Shown: positions 20,908-31,842 of the stretch, piece after piece
Numbering within the stretch: position 1 is the stretch's first letter
Layout: each line of letters opens with the position of its first letter
DNA from: a virus
Lineage: Duplodnaviria; Caudoviricetes
Virus record (IMG/VR): IMGVR_UViG_3300001528_000378
Coordinates: 1 to 64,000 of that record
Strand: one strand, 5' to 3'
Length of the DNA stretch: 64,000 bases
Notes under the pieces: model-generated
The model's database searches: none
Told to the model about the DNA's origin: nothing
Seen by the model: the letters and a program-made list of their open reading frames with translations, nothing else
Position numbers and translations under genes: made by a program

Positions 20908-23464
20908 TAAATTAATTATATTAAAAAATTCTTCCTATGCAAAAGGAAGAAAGTATATTGTGGACGCGGAACAAATAAATCAGAACAACAGATCCATATT
21001 GGAATCTGTTGGCTCTACTTCTATTAAGAGTATTATAGAGTCTACTGGACAAATATATAATCCACTACAGTCAGACCAGTTATTAAATTCCATAGTTCAA
21101 TTAATTGTAGCTGCCAATTATTTTAAGGATACAGGTACTGTTAATAATATTGTTTTAGAACCTTATACACCTGGTTATGGTACTCCGACTGCATATGTGC
21201 AAAACATGACCATAAAATTTAGGCCGAGCACACAAAATACTGGATCCACGATAATATCTTTTAAGGGTATGTCAAGTGTACCACTTCTCATGGATACATA
21301 TGTTCCTTTGCCATCAGGTTCATTGTCAGCCAATTCTGACTTTACAGCCATTTATGATGAAACAAGAAACGCTTTTGTTTTATCCTCCACAATAGAAGAT
21401 AGTGGAAGTTTGGCCCTACAAGAAATACGTAGGGTAATTGAGAGTGCAGGTCTGTCCTATTCTGAGTCTATTGACAGGCAGTTAATGCAAGCAATAGCAC
21501 TATATTCCTTACAGGGGACATATAAAAATACTTCCACAGGGTCTAATATTATTAGCAATAACTATGTATTGGAACCATATAATTCTTTTCAGCAGATAAC
21601 TGGCTACACAGACGGTATGGTTATTAGATTTAGACCTGTTTTTTCAAACACCCTTATTAACCCTACCATCCAAGTAGGAAACTTACAGAAAGTACCCTTT
21701 TTATCTTCCAATGGAGATAATATTGCCCTTGGTGCTATATCAGTAAATTTTGATGTTGTTATTAGGTACTTAAATGGTGCTTTCTATCTAGTGTCTAATG
21801 GTATGTCATCATTAAGATTGCAAACCGGGGACTATGTAACGGGTATTTCTAATGATCCGTCTTTAAGTAACAGTTCTTCAAATAGTCTAGTTACAGAAAA
21901 TGCTGTAAAGGTATATGTGGACTCTAGGGTACAGGATAGTAATCAGTATGTGGTTGTTTCTGGAAAAACCAATGCTGATGATAGGGCTGATTTTATTAAT
22001 AAAACAACAGATGCATCTATTACAGTATTGGCAGGGGAGAGTGGAAAGCCTAGTTATACAAATCTTTCTACATTAGCAAACTCAGAAGCATCAGAAGCAA
22101 AAGACCCTACTGTGGATCCAGAAGATCCTGAGGAAACAATAACTTATAATTTAAGCAACTGCTTTGACGGGGATAATACAACCTATTATGAAACCAAGTT
22201 ACAAGGTTCAATAGTTGCTGGTATTAAAAATGCAGAAAAAGATTATGAATATACCACCATGCCATGTTTTATAGGTTCTGGTCCGTTAACAAAGATTATT
22301 TCCAGGGTTAAACTATTAGGCGTAGATTCTTTTAGTTCACCATCAGAAGTGTTTTTTCAGTATTCTTTTGATGGTGTAAATTGGAAAAATGTAGGCACAT
22401 ATCCAGATTGTTTGTATAATGAAGTAAATGATAGTGGTGTTGTGGTAACAAAGTGCAAACCTACTGTATATCAGAACCCAGTTACTTCTGGTTCTTATAC
22501 TGATATTGATATTACATTCAAGCCCTATAATGATGAAACAGATATAACAAAGGGTGTATCAAGTGACCCATATTATATTAGATGCTATGCTTCTACTTTT
22601 GCAGGTACAGGTGGTTGGAAAATTATTTCTTTTGAATTTTGTGAAAGTTCAGATGAAATTAAACCCCTTGTTTTGAGTTATGCAAATAGTTTAGTTGAAG
22701 TTACAACTTCTAAAGTATCCTGTGCTGTACCAGTTGGTACAGATGGTACATACATTATTATAAAAAACTATGGTGGTGGAGTAGAAGCACTAGAATCAAG
22801 ACTTTATGTAGAGTCAAGTCAAACTCCAACAAATATAGAGGATAACCTACACTGGGTGAAACCCTTAAATGGTAAGGTGCAGACATTTGTTGGTGAAAGT
22901 GACGATAATGATGTTGTATCATTAAGAGAAACTAACTTTATAAAAATAGGCTATGTGGAAGTAACAGGTGGTAAGATATCCAAAGTAGTATCCTCTGCTT
23001 TTGGAACTAAATATACAAAGGACAATATTGCACTATCTAATCCTGTTATAGTGGAACACAATATAGGGAGTCTAAGTAAAGCAGAATCTTATATTGTGTG
23101 CACTTCTGCTGACTTAGGGTATAGTATTGGTGATAGCATAAGGTTATCAAATCAGTTCATTATGGTGGATAGTTCTAGTTTGGTAGCGAGTACAAATATT
23201 AGTTCTACAAATTTATCTGTTGATTCGCATACAATAAATGATGTAGAATATACACATAATGTAACACCCAACCCACATACACACACAGCCACTACAACAA
23301 TTAGTGGGAAATTAAAACCGTCCTATATTACTGTTTCTTGTGGTTTAAACGAAGCAAGAATTATGTATAGTAATATTGTGCTTCCTAATAAAAATACCGG
23401 GGAGTTACAGCCAATAACAGAATCTAGGTGGAAAGTAAATATTACTTGTGAGAGGAATTTTTAA
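20900..23464 (+). CDS. Tail fibre with internal tandem domain duplication
   Basis: Two copies of IES.G..Y....QL..(S/A)I...Y...M.I.FRP...NT, then a discoidin-like domain (CFDGDNTTYY). Confidence 0.6.
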   Translation: MSDKLIILKNSSYAKGRKYIVDAEQINQNNRSILESVGSTSIKSIIESTGQIYNPLQSDQLLNSIVQLIVAANYFKDTGTVNNIVLEPYTPGYGTPTAYVQNMTIKFRPSTQNTGSTIISFKGMSSVPLLMDTYVPLPSGSLSANSDFTAIYDETRNAFVLSSTIEDSGSLALQEIRRVIESAGLSYSESIDRQLMQAIALYSLQGTYKNTSTGSNIISNNYVLEPYNSFQQITGYTDGMVIRFRPVFSNTLINPTIQVGNLQKVPFLSSNGDNIALGAISVNFDVVIRYLNGAFYLVSNGMSSLRLQTGDYVTGISNDPSLSNSSSNSLVTENAVKVYVDSRVQDSNQYVVVSGKTNADDRADFINKTTDASITVLAGESGKPSYTNLSTLANSEASEAKDPTVDPEDPEETITYNLSNCFDGDNTTYYETKLQGSIVAGIKNAEKDYEYTTMPCFIGSGPLTKIISRVKLLGVDSFSSPSEVFFQYSFDGVNWKNVGTYPDCLYNEVNDSGVVVTKCKPTVYQNPVTSGSYTDIDITFKPYNDETDITKGVSSDPYYIRCYASTFAGTGGWKIISFEFCESSDEIKPLVLSYANSLVEVTTSKVSCAVPVGTDGTYIIIKNYGGGVEALESRLYVESSQTPTNIEDNLHWVKPLNGKVQTFVGESDDNDVVSLRETNFIKIGYVEVTGGKISKVVSSAFGTKYTKDNIALSNPVIVEHNIGSLSKAESYIVCTSADLGYSIGDSIRLSNQFIMVDSSSLVASTNISSTNLSVDSHTINDVEYTHNVTPNPHTHTATTTISGKLKPSYITVSCGLNEARIMYSNIVLPNKNTGELQPITESRWKVNITCERNF

Positions 23465-23466
23465 TT

Positions 23467-25593
23467 ATGAATAGGGTAGAATTTTTTTCTGGATACATGG
23501 TTGAGAAGTCTGACTTAGACTACCTACAAACTTCTCTCAGTGAAGAAATTAAGAGTAGGACAGCACTACAATACTCAAAGGGTGTAATGTCTCCTGTTGG
23601 TGAGTACGTTGGTGTTGATACAAACCAAACATTAAAAATTAATCCTTTTCAGGCCTTTACTAATTCTGGTGAAAGAATTAATGTACCAGAAGCCATTAGA
23701 TATTTGGCACTTGATAAAACAGACTCTTCCAAGAGGGAATTAGGCACACAAGGTTATTTATCCGATGACGACTTTGGTTGGGAATCAGATACTCCCTATA
23801 TTATTGTAGCTAAGTATATAGAAAGGGGTGCTAGACCTAGACCACATTACAGGACGCATAAGCCACATCCAACAAGAATTTATAGTGGTTTTTCATTTTA
23901 TGCTATGAGAGAGGGCATAGATGAGTTGATAGTGTCTGGGGTAAATCCATATATTATTTTAGCAAGGGCTGTTTATACAAATGGTAAACTGAGTGTAACC
24001 ACACTAAATACAACAGAGTATGCTGGACTAGATGCTTCTAGGGTATCTGTATTAGTTGGTACAGACTATACGTCATCTTACGATTTATCATCAAGGGTTT
24101 CTGTTTCAGAACATATTGGTTGTGTAGGAGACCCAAGTCAAGTATCCTCAAAAAATCCACACGGTTTAACACCAGAAATTCTAGGTATTGACTCAAATGC
24201 AGTACCAGAGCATGAAAGAATCTTTCACTCTGCGGGATTTATTGGTAGTTCTACAAGTAGAAACTCCTGTTTCTATACAGGTGTAGACTCCCGCTCAATA
24301 GTAGATTTCTTAGTTATGTATAATCTAAGAACTGGTGAAAATCTGCATGCTGGGGGCATTACAATTAAGTCCTATGCGTATAATAATAATAGTATACTAA
24401 TTGCTCTAAGAGACGGGGATAATGAAGCTAACTTGTGGCCGGATGGTAAATACACTCTATTTATCAATTTAAGAACAAGAGAAATTGGTATTGCCACCGA
24501 TAATGAAGAAGTAGTCAATAACAGGACATTTAGTGTTATATATAACCAGGCTATACAGCATAGATATAATCCTATTTTGACTTCTCAAATTGACATTTCG
24601 TATCAGTATATTTTGTACAGATTTACATTTAAGCAAGAAAAAGATTATACCAATATTCCCCTAAATGGTCAAGGATTAATAAAATCAAATTTTACTGATA
24701 GAGTAGACTATCGTGTATTTGGTTCTATTTCTGCTGATAATTTGCAAAAGGATGCAGAGGGGTATTTTGTAACTAATTTTCCCATTGCAACAAAAGGTAT
24801 AAGATTTAGTGATAGTACAGTCTTAACTACTGCAACAGCCTATACGCCTAACTATATTGACTCATCCCTAAGAGTGGGGTATGTAGGATTACAAGATATA
24901 CAGGTTTATAGTGGCGTTTGTAAAGATTCTACAAATAATACAGTGCTGAACTTTTCTACCCCAATGCAAAAAAAGATAAATTTATCCTGGAGTAGGGGAA
25001 GTGCGGGTGGTTGTTTACCCCCTAATGTCCCACTTTCTGATGGTACCTGGCATGTATTTGTTATTGGGAAACCAGATGGAACAACAGACGTTGCCATTGA
25101 TAAAGACATAAATGCAAGTAATATTGTTACAGCTGATACAACATTAGCCTCACCTATTGATGGTTATAGATATTTTAGGCGTGTAGGAAGTATATTTGTA
25201 TTTTTGGACGGTGCAAGCCAAGTTAATACAATAAGACCCTTTATATCTGTTCCAACTGGTAATAATAGTGTTGATGTATATTTTAATGATGGTAAAGTAT
25301 TAAATCCAGACAATAAAGATATTAATGGTATGACACTATTATCAATTCCAGATTTTTCTGGTAGTGTAAATTCACAAAATACTAAGGTAACACTAGAGAT
25401 ATCTAATGGTGGAGGAGCATATACGCAGGATAATATATTTGTTGCTAGTGGGTATGCACCAGTTTCTGTAGTAGGGAATAGAAAACTTTACCAAGGACAG
25501 ATGACAGTAAATACATATAATGGAAAATTGTTCTTCTCCAATACTTCATGGGCGGGAAGAGTGGTTTCATATACGGATTCAAGGATGATTTAA
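23467..25593 (+). CDS. Tail fibre/baseplate protein, paralogue A
   Basis: RVEFFSG..V...DL start; NPHGLT motif. Confidence 0.55.
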   Translation: MNRVEFFSGYMVEKSDLDYLQTSLSEEIKSRTALQYSKGVMSPVGEYVGVDTNQTLKINPFQAFTNSGERINVPEAIRYLALDKTDSSKRELGTQGYLSDDDFGWESDTPYIIVAKYIERGARPRPHYRTHKPHPTRIYSGFSFYAMREGIDELIVSGVNPYIILARAVYTNGKLSVTTLNTTEYAGLDASRVSVLVGTDYTSSYDLSSRVSVSEHIGCVGDPSQVSSKNPHGLTPEILGIDSNAVPEHERIFHSAGFIGSSTSRNSCFYTGVDSRSIVDFLVMYNLRTGENLHAGGITIKSYAYNNNSILIALRDGDNEANLWPDGKYTLFINLRTREIGIATDNEEVVNNRTFSVIYNQAIQHRYNPILTSQIDISYQYILYRFTFKQEKDYTNIPLNGQGLIKSNFTDRVDYRVFGSISADNLQKDAEGYFVTNFPIATKGIRFSDSTVLTTATAYTPNYIDSSLRVGYVGLQDIQVYSGVCKDSTNNTVLNFSTPMQKKINLSWSRGSAGGCLPPNVPLSDGTWHVFVIGKPDGTTDVAIDKDINASNIVTADTTLASPIDGYRYFRRVGSIFVFLDGASQVNTIRPFISVPTGNNSVDVYFNDGKVLNPDNKDINGMTLLSIPDFSGSVNSQNTKVTLEISNGGGAYTQDNIFVASGYAPVSVVGNRKLYQGQMTVNTYNGKLFFSNTSWAGRVVSYTDSRMI

Positions 25594-25595
25594 CT

Positions 25596-27617
25596 ATGAA
25601 AAAAGTAAATTTCTTTTCTGGTATGCCTGTTTCACCAGATGATTTAAAAACAGAGCAGTCTTATTTTGAACAGCGTATAGATACCAATATGGGTGTATTA
25701 TCAAAAAAAGGTATCCGTGTGGATGCCACTTTGTTAGACGGTACACCTCTTCCACCTCCTTATGTTACTACAGATACAAAAACATTAAATCTATATGGAT
25801 TAATTGCATATGATGACTCTGGTAAACTTATACAAGTAGAGCCAGTGTTTTATACCAATGAAACTACAGGCGTTACAACAAGAGTTCCTACCATGTCTAA
25901 CCTTGCCCCAGAACTGAATTCAAATAAGTTAGTGGAGGGTGGTAAGGGTTCTTTTGGTTTTAGTAAGTCATACTTAGTAGTTATAAGATTTAAGGAAGCA
26001 ATTTCAGATAAAGATTTTACTCAAAGTTATAAGACAAATATAATGACACCCTCTAGAGTTGTTAGGTCTTATGAGTTATTTTTGAGAGAAAGTAGCGATT
26101 CTGTTCTTTCAGGAGATGTAGTCTTAGCACAAGTATCTTCTGACACAACAGGGCTATTAACTGTTAATGAGGCATATAGAGATACTTTTGGATTAGTAAA
26201 TAGCCTATTAAGTGCTAGTGTAACAGGTGTAGATGGGTCAAATATTACCTTTGAGGACCATATTAACATGGGTGGTTCAGGTGAATGGTCTCCTCAAAAT
26301 CCCCATAGACTTACTGCGGAAGATTTAGGCATTGATGTAGCAGCCACTGGTAAGCATCAGTTAAACTTGCATAGTGATGGTATTAAGACCACAAATACAA
26401 AATCTACTTCTTCTGCTTTGTATCCGTCTTATACAATGTCTTCCATGACTTCAGAAGAAACACTTACAATACAGCCTTTATTGAGTGAGAATAATGAGTT
26501 GGTAGTTGTAAATGGTGTGTCTATCGGCCCCTCTTATTTAGGGAATATATACACTCTAAATTTAAGAAATTATGCAGCAGAGGCGTATGAGGGTTTCTAT
26601 ATTTTTGCCGTTAATTATTCTTCAAAGTCCATTGTAATGCAAGGGCCCTTTGCAGATGATAATTCCGACACTTTTAAAACTGCTTTAACAGATAGAGAAA
26701 ACTTCCCAATATGCTCATTTTATTGGGGTAAGCCCTTCTATACATTGTATAATTTAACTTTAACAAGTGTAGATAACAACACCACAATTAATTTGGTTGA
26801 ACCATCTACCTATGAGTTTTTAGATGTGGATAGTTCTACAAACACAGAAAAGGTATATATAAAGACATCTGATTTAGTTGTTAAAGGTATAGACCCCGTA
26901 ACTCAGGCACAAATAGGTTCAAGAATTTCTTATAATGGTGCTACTTATTATGTTACACAAAAAGAACAGCAAATAGCGGATGCTGATAGATATAATATTG
27001 ATCCTTTGTCTTTCACAGATAGGCGTGTATTTAATAATACAAGTTTCAATGATGTTAGAATAGAGGATTTGTGTACAATTAGAGATGCTGCACCCTTTTC
27101 AAATGGTAAGGCTGATATCTATTATTCTAGGGTAGTTTCTAAGAATAAGATATCCTATGCTTCTGTGGGCCAAGAGGGCAGTAACGGTTTTGAAGCTACA
27201 ATAAATGGTTCACCTGTTAAGATAACTTTTATTGGTGTTACCGATTTGTCTATTGACCAGATACTAGAACAATTAAATGATGGCATGAATAAGCAAATAC
27301 CAAGTGGAACAAAGGCATTAGCATACATAAACTATGCTGGGTGTATAGCCATAGCTGCTTCGAATGGTATTATTATTGGTAATGGTTCTGCAAACTCTAA
27401 GTTAGGTTTTTCATTGGAGCAAGATTTATCTGGTGATGTGAAAACATTAGTGTATACAGGTGATTTACCCAGTATACAAGAGATGTATTACAGTATTGAC
27501 GGGAACATAGAAAATATATATTATTTAACCATTGGGAATTATTTAAGGACACAAAAGTTATATTACAATGGTGATGGATATATTACAGGAATGGACGAGA
27601 CAGTTGAGGTGAGGTAG
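25596..27617 (+). CDS. Tail fibre/baseplate protein, paralogue B
   Basis: KVNFFSG..V...DL start; NPHRLT motif; ATG at 25596. Confidence 0.55.
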   Translation: MKKVNFFSGMPVSPDDLKTEQSYFEQRIDTNMGVLSKKGIRVDATLLDGTPLPPPYVTTDTKTLNLYGLIAYDDSGKLIQVEPVFYTNETTGVTTRVPTMSNLAPELNSNKLVEGGKGSFGFSKSYLVVIRFKEAISDKDFTQSYKTNIMTPSRVVRSYELFLRESSDSVLSGDVVLAQVSSDTTGLLTVNEAYRDTFGLVNSLLSASVTGVDGSNITFEDHINMGGSGEWSPQNPHRLTAEDLGIDVAATGKHQLNLHSDGIKTTNTKSTSSALYPSYTMSSMTSEETLTIQPLLSENNELVVVNGVSIGPSYLGNIYTLNLRNYAAEAYEGFYIFAVNYSSKSIVMQGPFADDNSDTFKTALTDRENFPICSFYWGKPFYTLYNLTLTSVDNNTTINLVEPSTYEFLDVDSSTNTEKVYIKTSDLVVKGIDPVTQAQIGSRISYNGATYYVTQKEQQIADADRYNIDPLSFTDRRVFNNTSFNDVRIEDLCTIRDAAPFSNGKADIYYSRVVSKNKISYASVGQEGSNGFEATINGSPVKITFIGVTDLSIDQILEQLNDGMNKQIPSGTKALAYINYAGCIAIAASNGIIIGNGSANSKLGFSLEQDLSGDVKTLVYTGDLPSIQEMYYSIDGNIENIYYLTIGNYLRTQKLYYNGDGYITGMDETVEVR

Positions 27618-27618
27618 T

Positions 27619-28455
27619 ATGGATGCTTTAATTCTTTCATTGGCTATTAAGTTATACAAAAAGATACTTAACTTTTTCAAGGATTACCAGAGTGATATTT
27701 TTGGAACTGCTAAATCAGGTAGTGTCATAGTAACGTCTAATTCTGGTATAGTTCCTGGTGGGTGGAAACAGTACACCCCAGATTCAAACGGATACTGGGA
27801 AATACCTGTTTCTGTTGTACCACAGTTTGAAAACTTAACTGTTGATGAAAACCTAAAAGTAACCACACAGGCTGATACACCTTACTTATTCTTATATGTA
27901 AGGGATACACTTACACTTAAACGTGGTGCTCAAATAACAATGAGTAATAGGGGGGATAATTCCTACTCTTTTTCAGAATTTTTACCAAAACCATCTATTG
28001 GGCAAAGTGCTCAACCTTATACTACTGCTTGTCTAAAATTATTTATCAGTGGTAGGAGTATTAAAACACCATTAGATTTACTATGTTGTGGCGGTAAAGT
28101 AAATCAAATAGCATTGTCGGCAGGTGGAACTGCAGGTTCAGGCGGGGGATTAATTGCTATATATCATAAGTTAGGCGAGTTTTCAGGCTATTCCCAAGAA
28201 TCAGTACACGCTAATGGTGGAACCACTGCTGACACACTTGGTAGAAACAATGGTGGAGGTATGCTATTCATATTTGCAAAAAAGATTGTTATGGAAGATG
28301 GGGCACAAATAACCTCAGACGGTGGTGACGGAAAAGGGTTAATAAGCTACATAGACTCTATACCAAGAAGTGTCAACGCACAGTCATATACAAATACAAA
28401 TAATCAATGGGGTGGGGCAGGTGTAGTTGCTCACATCCCGATGGATGTTTTATGA
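27619..28455 (+). CDS. Gly-rich adhesin-like protein 1
   Basis: GSGGGLIAIY, GGGMLFIFAKKI, WGGAGV motifs. Confidence 0.55.
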   Translation: MDALILSLAIKLYKKILNFFKDYQSDIFGTAKSGSVIVTSNSGIVPGGWKQYTPDSNGYWEIPVSVVPQFENLTVDENLKVTTQADTPYLFLYVRDTLTLKRGAQITMSNRGDNSYSFSEFLPKPSIGQSAQPYTTACLKLFISGRSIKTPLDLLCCGGKVNQIALSAGGTAGSGGGLIAIYHKLGEFSGYSQESVHANGGTTADTLGRNNGGGMLFIFAKKIVMEDGAQITSDGGDGKGLISYIDSIPRSVNAQSYTNTNNQWGGAGVVAHIPMDVL

Positions 28456-29534
28456 AATCAGCCACTATAAAATATTTACAGACTTCTTTTTCTAATATAA
28501 AAGAGATACAGGACCATGGAAAAAAACAAACTCTTTTTGGAAATGGTACCGAAGATATCATATTTACAAGAAGTGGTGCTTTTACAGATTTATCAAATGC
28601 CTACAATGTAAATGGTGTATTAGAATATAGGAATGTTACCATCCCAGAGAATATTAGTATTGTGGGGAATACCTTTTATGGGGGAAATGAGAGTGGTTCG
28701 CAGCCCTTTTATCTAAAAGTAAATGGTACGCTAACAGTTAATGGTAGCCTGAATATGAATGGTACAGGTCAGCAAGGGGATGGGGGGCATGCACATCATA
28801 GTAACCATGACTATTATTATAGATGCTATACCAACCTAGGTTTTGATTTACCAATGCTAGACCGTTCAGCATATCAACTAAGTAAGGATAACTGGTTAGC
28901 CCTATACAGATATGGTTTTAATGGTGGTTTTTTTGATGGTAAAACACTATTGGTTGGTGCTGGAAATGGGAGCACCTATAAATGGAAGCGTGCCACAAAA
29001 TACAGGAGAAGACACTCTTATAGATGTACCAATTTAAATAGTAGTGGTACACTAGAGAACAGCAAAGCATCTAGTGGTGGTGGGGGTGGATTTATAGCCC
29101 TATACTATGAAAATTTAAAGAATGATGGACCTGTATGGACCGATACTCAAACTGATGCAGATACCTATGGGCAAACATTTTACACAAATATTAACTGTAA
29201 TGGTGGTATTGGTGGTGCTGAGGGTGCTGGTGATAAGTCTGGTGGTGGTTGTATGATAATAGCTGCTAGAAATATAGTTATTGGTAAGAATGGTAGTATT
29301 ACAAGTAATGTATGCCACCCAGAGAGAAGGTCTACTGGCCCAAATCCCATATTTGGTGATTCTAACTATAATGCTGGACTGATAGGTTATATGAACCGAC
29401 CTGGAAATTCTCCATATTTGCTATCTTATAATTTTGGTAAATTTAGCCAAGTAGGTATAGATATGGACCTTGTAGGTGGACCTGGTGTCTGTTTTGGATA
29501 TCAAGTAGATCCAAGTTATGATGGGAGCATATAA
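28452..29534 (+). CDS. Gly-rich adhesin-like protein 2
   Basis: YLKVNGTLTVNG, GGGGGFIALYYE, GGGCMIIAARNI; ATGA overlap at 28452. Confidence 0.55.
   Translation: MKSATIKYLQTSFSNIKEIQDHGKKQTLFGNGTEDIIFTRSGAFTDLSNAYNVNGVLEYRNVTIPENISIVGNTFYGGNESGSQPFYLKVNGTLTVNGSLNMNGTGQQGDGGHAHHSNHDYYYRCYTNLGFDLPMLDRSAYQLSKDNWLALYRYGFNGGFFDGKTLLVGAGNGSTYKWKRATKYRRRHSYRCTNLNSSGTLENSKASSGGGGGFIALYYENLKNDGPVWTDTQTDADTYGQTFYTNINCNGGIGGAEGAGDKSGGGCMIIAARNIVIGKNGSITSNVCHPERRSTGPNPIFGDSNYNAGLIGYMNRPGNSPYLLSYNFGKFSQVGIDMDLVGGPGVCFGYQVDPSYDGSI
29241..29302 (+). repeat. 62-bp exact direct repeat, copy 1
   Basis: GGTGGTGGTTGTATGATAATAGCTGCTAGAAATATAGTTATTGGTAAGAATGGTAGTATTAC; identical at 30428-30489. Confidence 0.9.
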
Positions 29535-30637
29535 TGAAGATTGTATCCTTTAATACACTAACAAAGTCATTAAGAGAAATAACATCCCTATCCACAGTAG
29601 ATTATGATAATTTGTATGGTCGGGGTTCGTCTGGTTCATTGGTTATTGATAAGGATTCTTATGGAACCAATCAAGTAGTATTAACAAGTATTGCTAGAAG
29701 TATTGCTGGAGTAGACTCTACACCAAATATAGAATTTGAAAATCTAACCATAGGTGAGGGGACTAATGTGTTGGGTAATGACACATCTGCTCCGATGTAC
29801 TTAAAAGTAAACAGAACCCTAACAGTTAATGGGCATTTACACATGGATAGGCAAGGTGGTTGGGTATCAAAGAGTGGGACAATAGTAAGCAAAAGTGGTG
29901 TAAGGTGCATACAGAGCAATACAGCTCTAAACTATTCTTTATTGGATACGGCTGGCTTAAATGATAACATAAGCTGTCCAAATTCTTTATATAATTATCT
30001 AAACCTATATGGTAACTCCCACACTTTCTTTGATGGAAATATTGCTCTAACTGGTGCAGGTGGTGTAGGGTATATTTGGGAAGAAAGGGTAGAAACGCAC
30101 ATAGAAAAAATTTTAACTGGTTATACTGGTATTCATAGAAATCATCCAGTATATAAGGAAGTAGTTGTAACCACTCCAATAGCAGAGCCAGTAGGGTATG
30201 AGTCACTATCATCATTAGATGGTGGTGGGAACTTTTTGCTATTACCAAAACCTGAAAAACAAGGGGATAAGACTTTTGGTGGTGCAGGTGGTGGATTTTT
30301 GGCTTTGTATTATGAAAATTATTTAAATAATACAGATAACTGGTTTATAGATAATGTAGGAACATACCCATTGAATATACATACCAATGGTGGGAACTCT
30401 ACGAATACTACCTCAGACTATTTTAGAGGTGGTGGTTGTATGATAATAGCTGCTAGAAATATAGTTATTGGTAAGAATGGTAGTATTACCTGTGATGGTG
30501 GAAATGGGAATGGTATGATGTCCCTATTATCAAGAGCACCATATCAAGAACAGTTTTTATACAATGGTGGAAATCCAATTAAATTTGGAAATCAATTTAC
30601 AGGTGGAGCAGGATTTGCACTAGGTTATCTGAGATAG
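29534..30637 (+). CDS. Gly-rich adhesin-like protein 3
   Basis: YLKVNRTLTVNG, GGAGGGFLALYYE, GGGCMIIAARNI. Confidence 0.55.
   Translation: MKIVSFNTLTKSLREITSLSTVDYDNLYGRGSSGSLVIDKDSYGTNQVVLTSIARSIAGVDSTPNIEFENLTIGEGTNVLGNDTSAPMYLKVNRTLTVNGHLHMDRQGGWVSKSGTIVSKSGVRCIQSNTALNYSLLDTAGLNDNISCPNSLYNYLNLYGNSHTFFDGNIALTGAGGVGYIWEERVETHIEKILTGYTGIHRNHPVYKEVVVTTPIAEPVGYESLSSLDGGGNFLLLPKPEKQGDKTFGGAGGGFLALYYENYLNNTDNWFIDNVGTYPLNIHTNGGNSTNTTSDYFRGGGCMIIAARNIVIGKNGSITCDGGNGNGMMSLLSRAPYQEQFLYNGGNPIKFGNQFTGGAGFALGYLR
30428..30489 (+). repeat. 62-bp exact direct repeat, copy 2
   Basis: Identical to 29241-29302. Confidence 0.9.
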
Positions 30638-30647
30638 AGGTTAAAAT

Positions 30648-31826
30648 ATGGCTTTAAGTACAAAAACATTAGATGCATTAAATGATTCAAGAAAGACAGA
30701 ACCACAGAAATATATTTGGGGTCAGTTTACTCCAGATAAAGAGGGTGTGGGGTATTCAGATTTACCTGAACAAACAGATATACCTGATGACGCGAAGCTA
30801 GTTTTAGACATAAATGGACCTAGTTTAGTTACAGCATCTATAGCAAATATTAGAGGTGGTGTAAGTGGTAGAATTGCAACTACCGAAAAAGCGGGTATTG
30901 TCAAACCAGATGGAACCACCATATCTGTTTCTTCCGATGGCACCATTAGTTCTTCTGCTGGGCTACCAGTAGGGACTGTATTTATTAGTGATCTCAAGTA
31001 TCCAGAAGTTCCCTCCGGTGCACTAGAATACAATGGGACAGAGATTCCTGGTGCGGATGAGCTATACCCAGATTTTTGGAATAGGTTTTTACTAGCAGGT
31101 AAAATGAATACAGGTAGTTATACCGACTATGATGCAGCAATGACAGCCAATGGTGGTACTTGTCCGTTTTTTGCTTTGGATGTGGAGAATAAGAGATTTA
31201 AGACCCCAACATGGGCTGATGGTGTGTTTGCTGCAGCTGCTACAACGGAAAGTGAGATTAACAAGTATTACAAAGACCAGTTTCAGGGACACCACCATAA
31301 TTTCCACTATGCACCTTCTACACATAAATTTGTTGACGGAACTTTGGATGAGATTATTAATACCCCGACCGCTATACGTACGGACCGTGTTGGTGATGCC
31401 ATTACTGATGGCGTAAATGGTGAACCTAGAACAGGTAGTGAGACTTTTCCTAAACACGTTAGAAAGCGCTGGTTTGTACAAGTTGCCAATGCTGTAAGTG
31501 CAACCTCATTTCAAAATATCGATAGCGCCCTAGACGCTAAACAAGATAAACTTACTGCCGGGGCCAATATTACAATAGAAAATAATGTAATATCTGCCAC
31601 AACTGGGGGATCGTCAACGACGGAAGCTCAGTGGGGTAAAATAACAGGGACATTATCCGAACAAACAGATTTACAAAATGTATTGGATACTATTCCTACA
31701 GCGACATCACAACTGACCAATGATTCTGGTTATATTAAAGGAGTTTCACACGCAAGTTCAACTACATATGGAACAATAAAGGTGGCATATGATTCTTCAA
31801 CTAAAACGCTTAATATTATCAATTAA
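30648..31826 (+). CDS. Tail fibre with collar-like domain
   Basis: ATTEKAGIVKPDG repeat, LPVGTV collar start, DQFQGH...PRTGSET, KQDKLTAG, SQLTNDSGY modules. Confidence 0.75.
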   Translation: MALSTKTLDALNDSRKTEPQKYIWGQFTPDKEGVGYSDLPEQTDIPDDAKLVLDINGPSLVTASIANIRGGVSGRIATTEKAGIVKPDGTTISVSSDGTISSSAGLPVGTVFISDLKYPEVPSGALEYNGTEIPGADELYPDFWNRFLLAGKMNTGSYTDYDAAMTANGGTCPFFALDVENKRFKTPTWADGVFAAAATTESEINKYYKDQFQGHHHNFHYAPSTHKFVDGTLDEIINTPTAIRTDRVGDAITDGVNGEPRTGSETFPKHVRKRWFVQVANAVSATSFQNIDSALDAKQDKLTAGANITIENNVISATTGGSSTTEAQWGKITGTLSEQTDLQNVLDTIPTATSQLTNDSGYIKGVSHASSTTYGTIKVAYDSSTKTLNIIN

Positions 31827-31842
31827 AAGATGGGTAAAAAAT

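Noticed and set aside
29241-30489. 62-bp repeat as a DGR template/variable repeat pair
   Set aside because: Copies are identical with no adenine-specific mismatches, both are coding, and no reverse transcriptase is in the window
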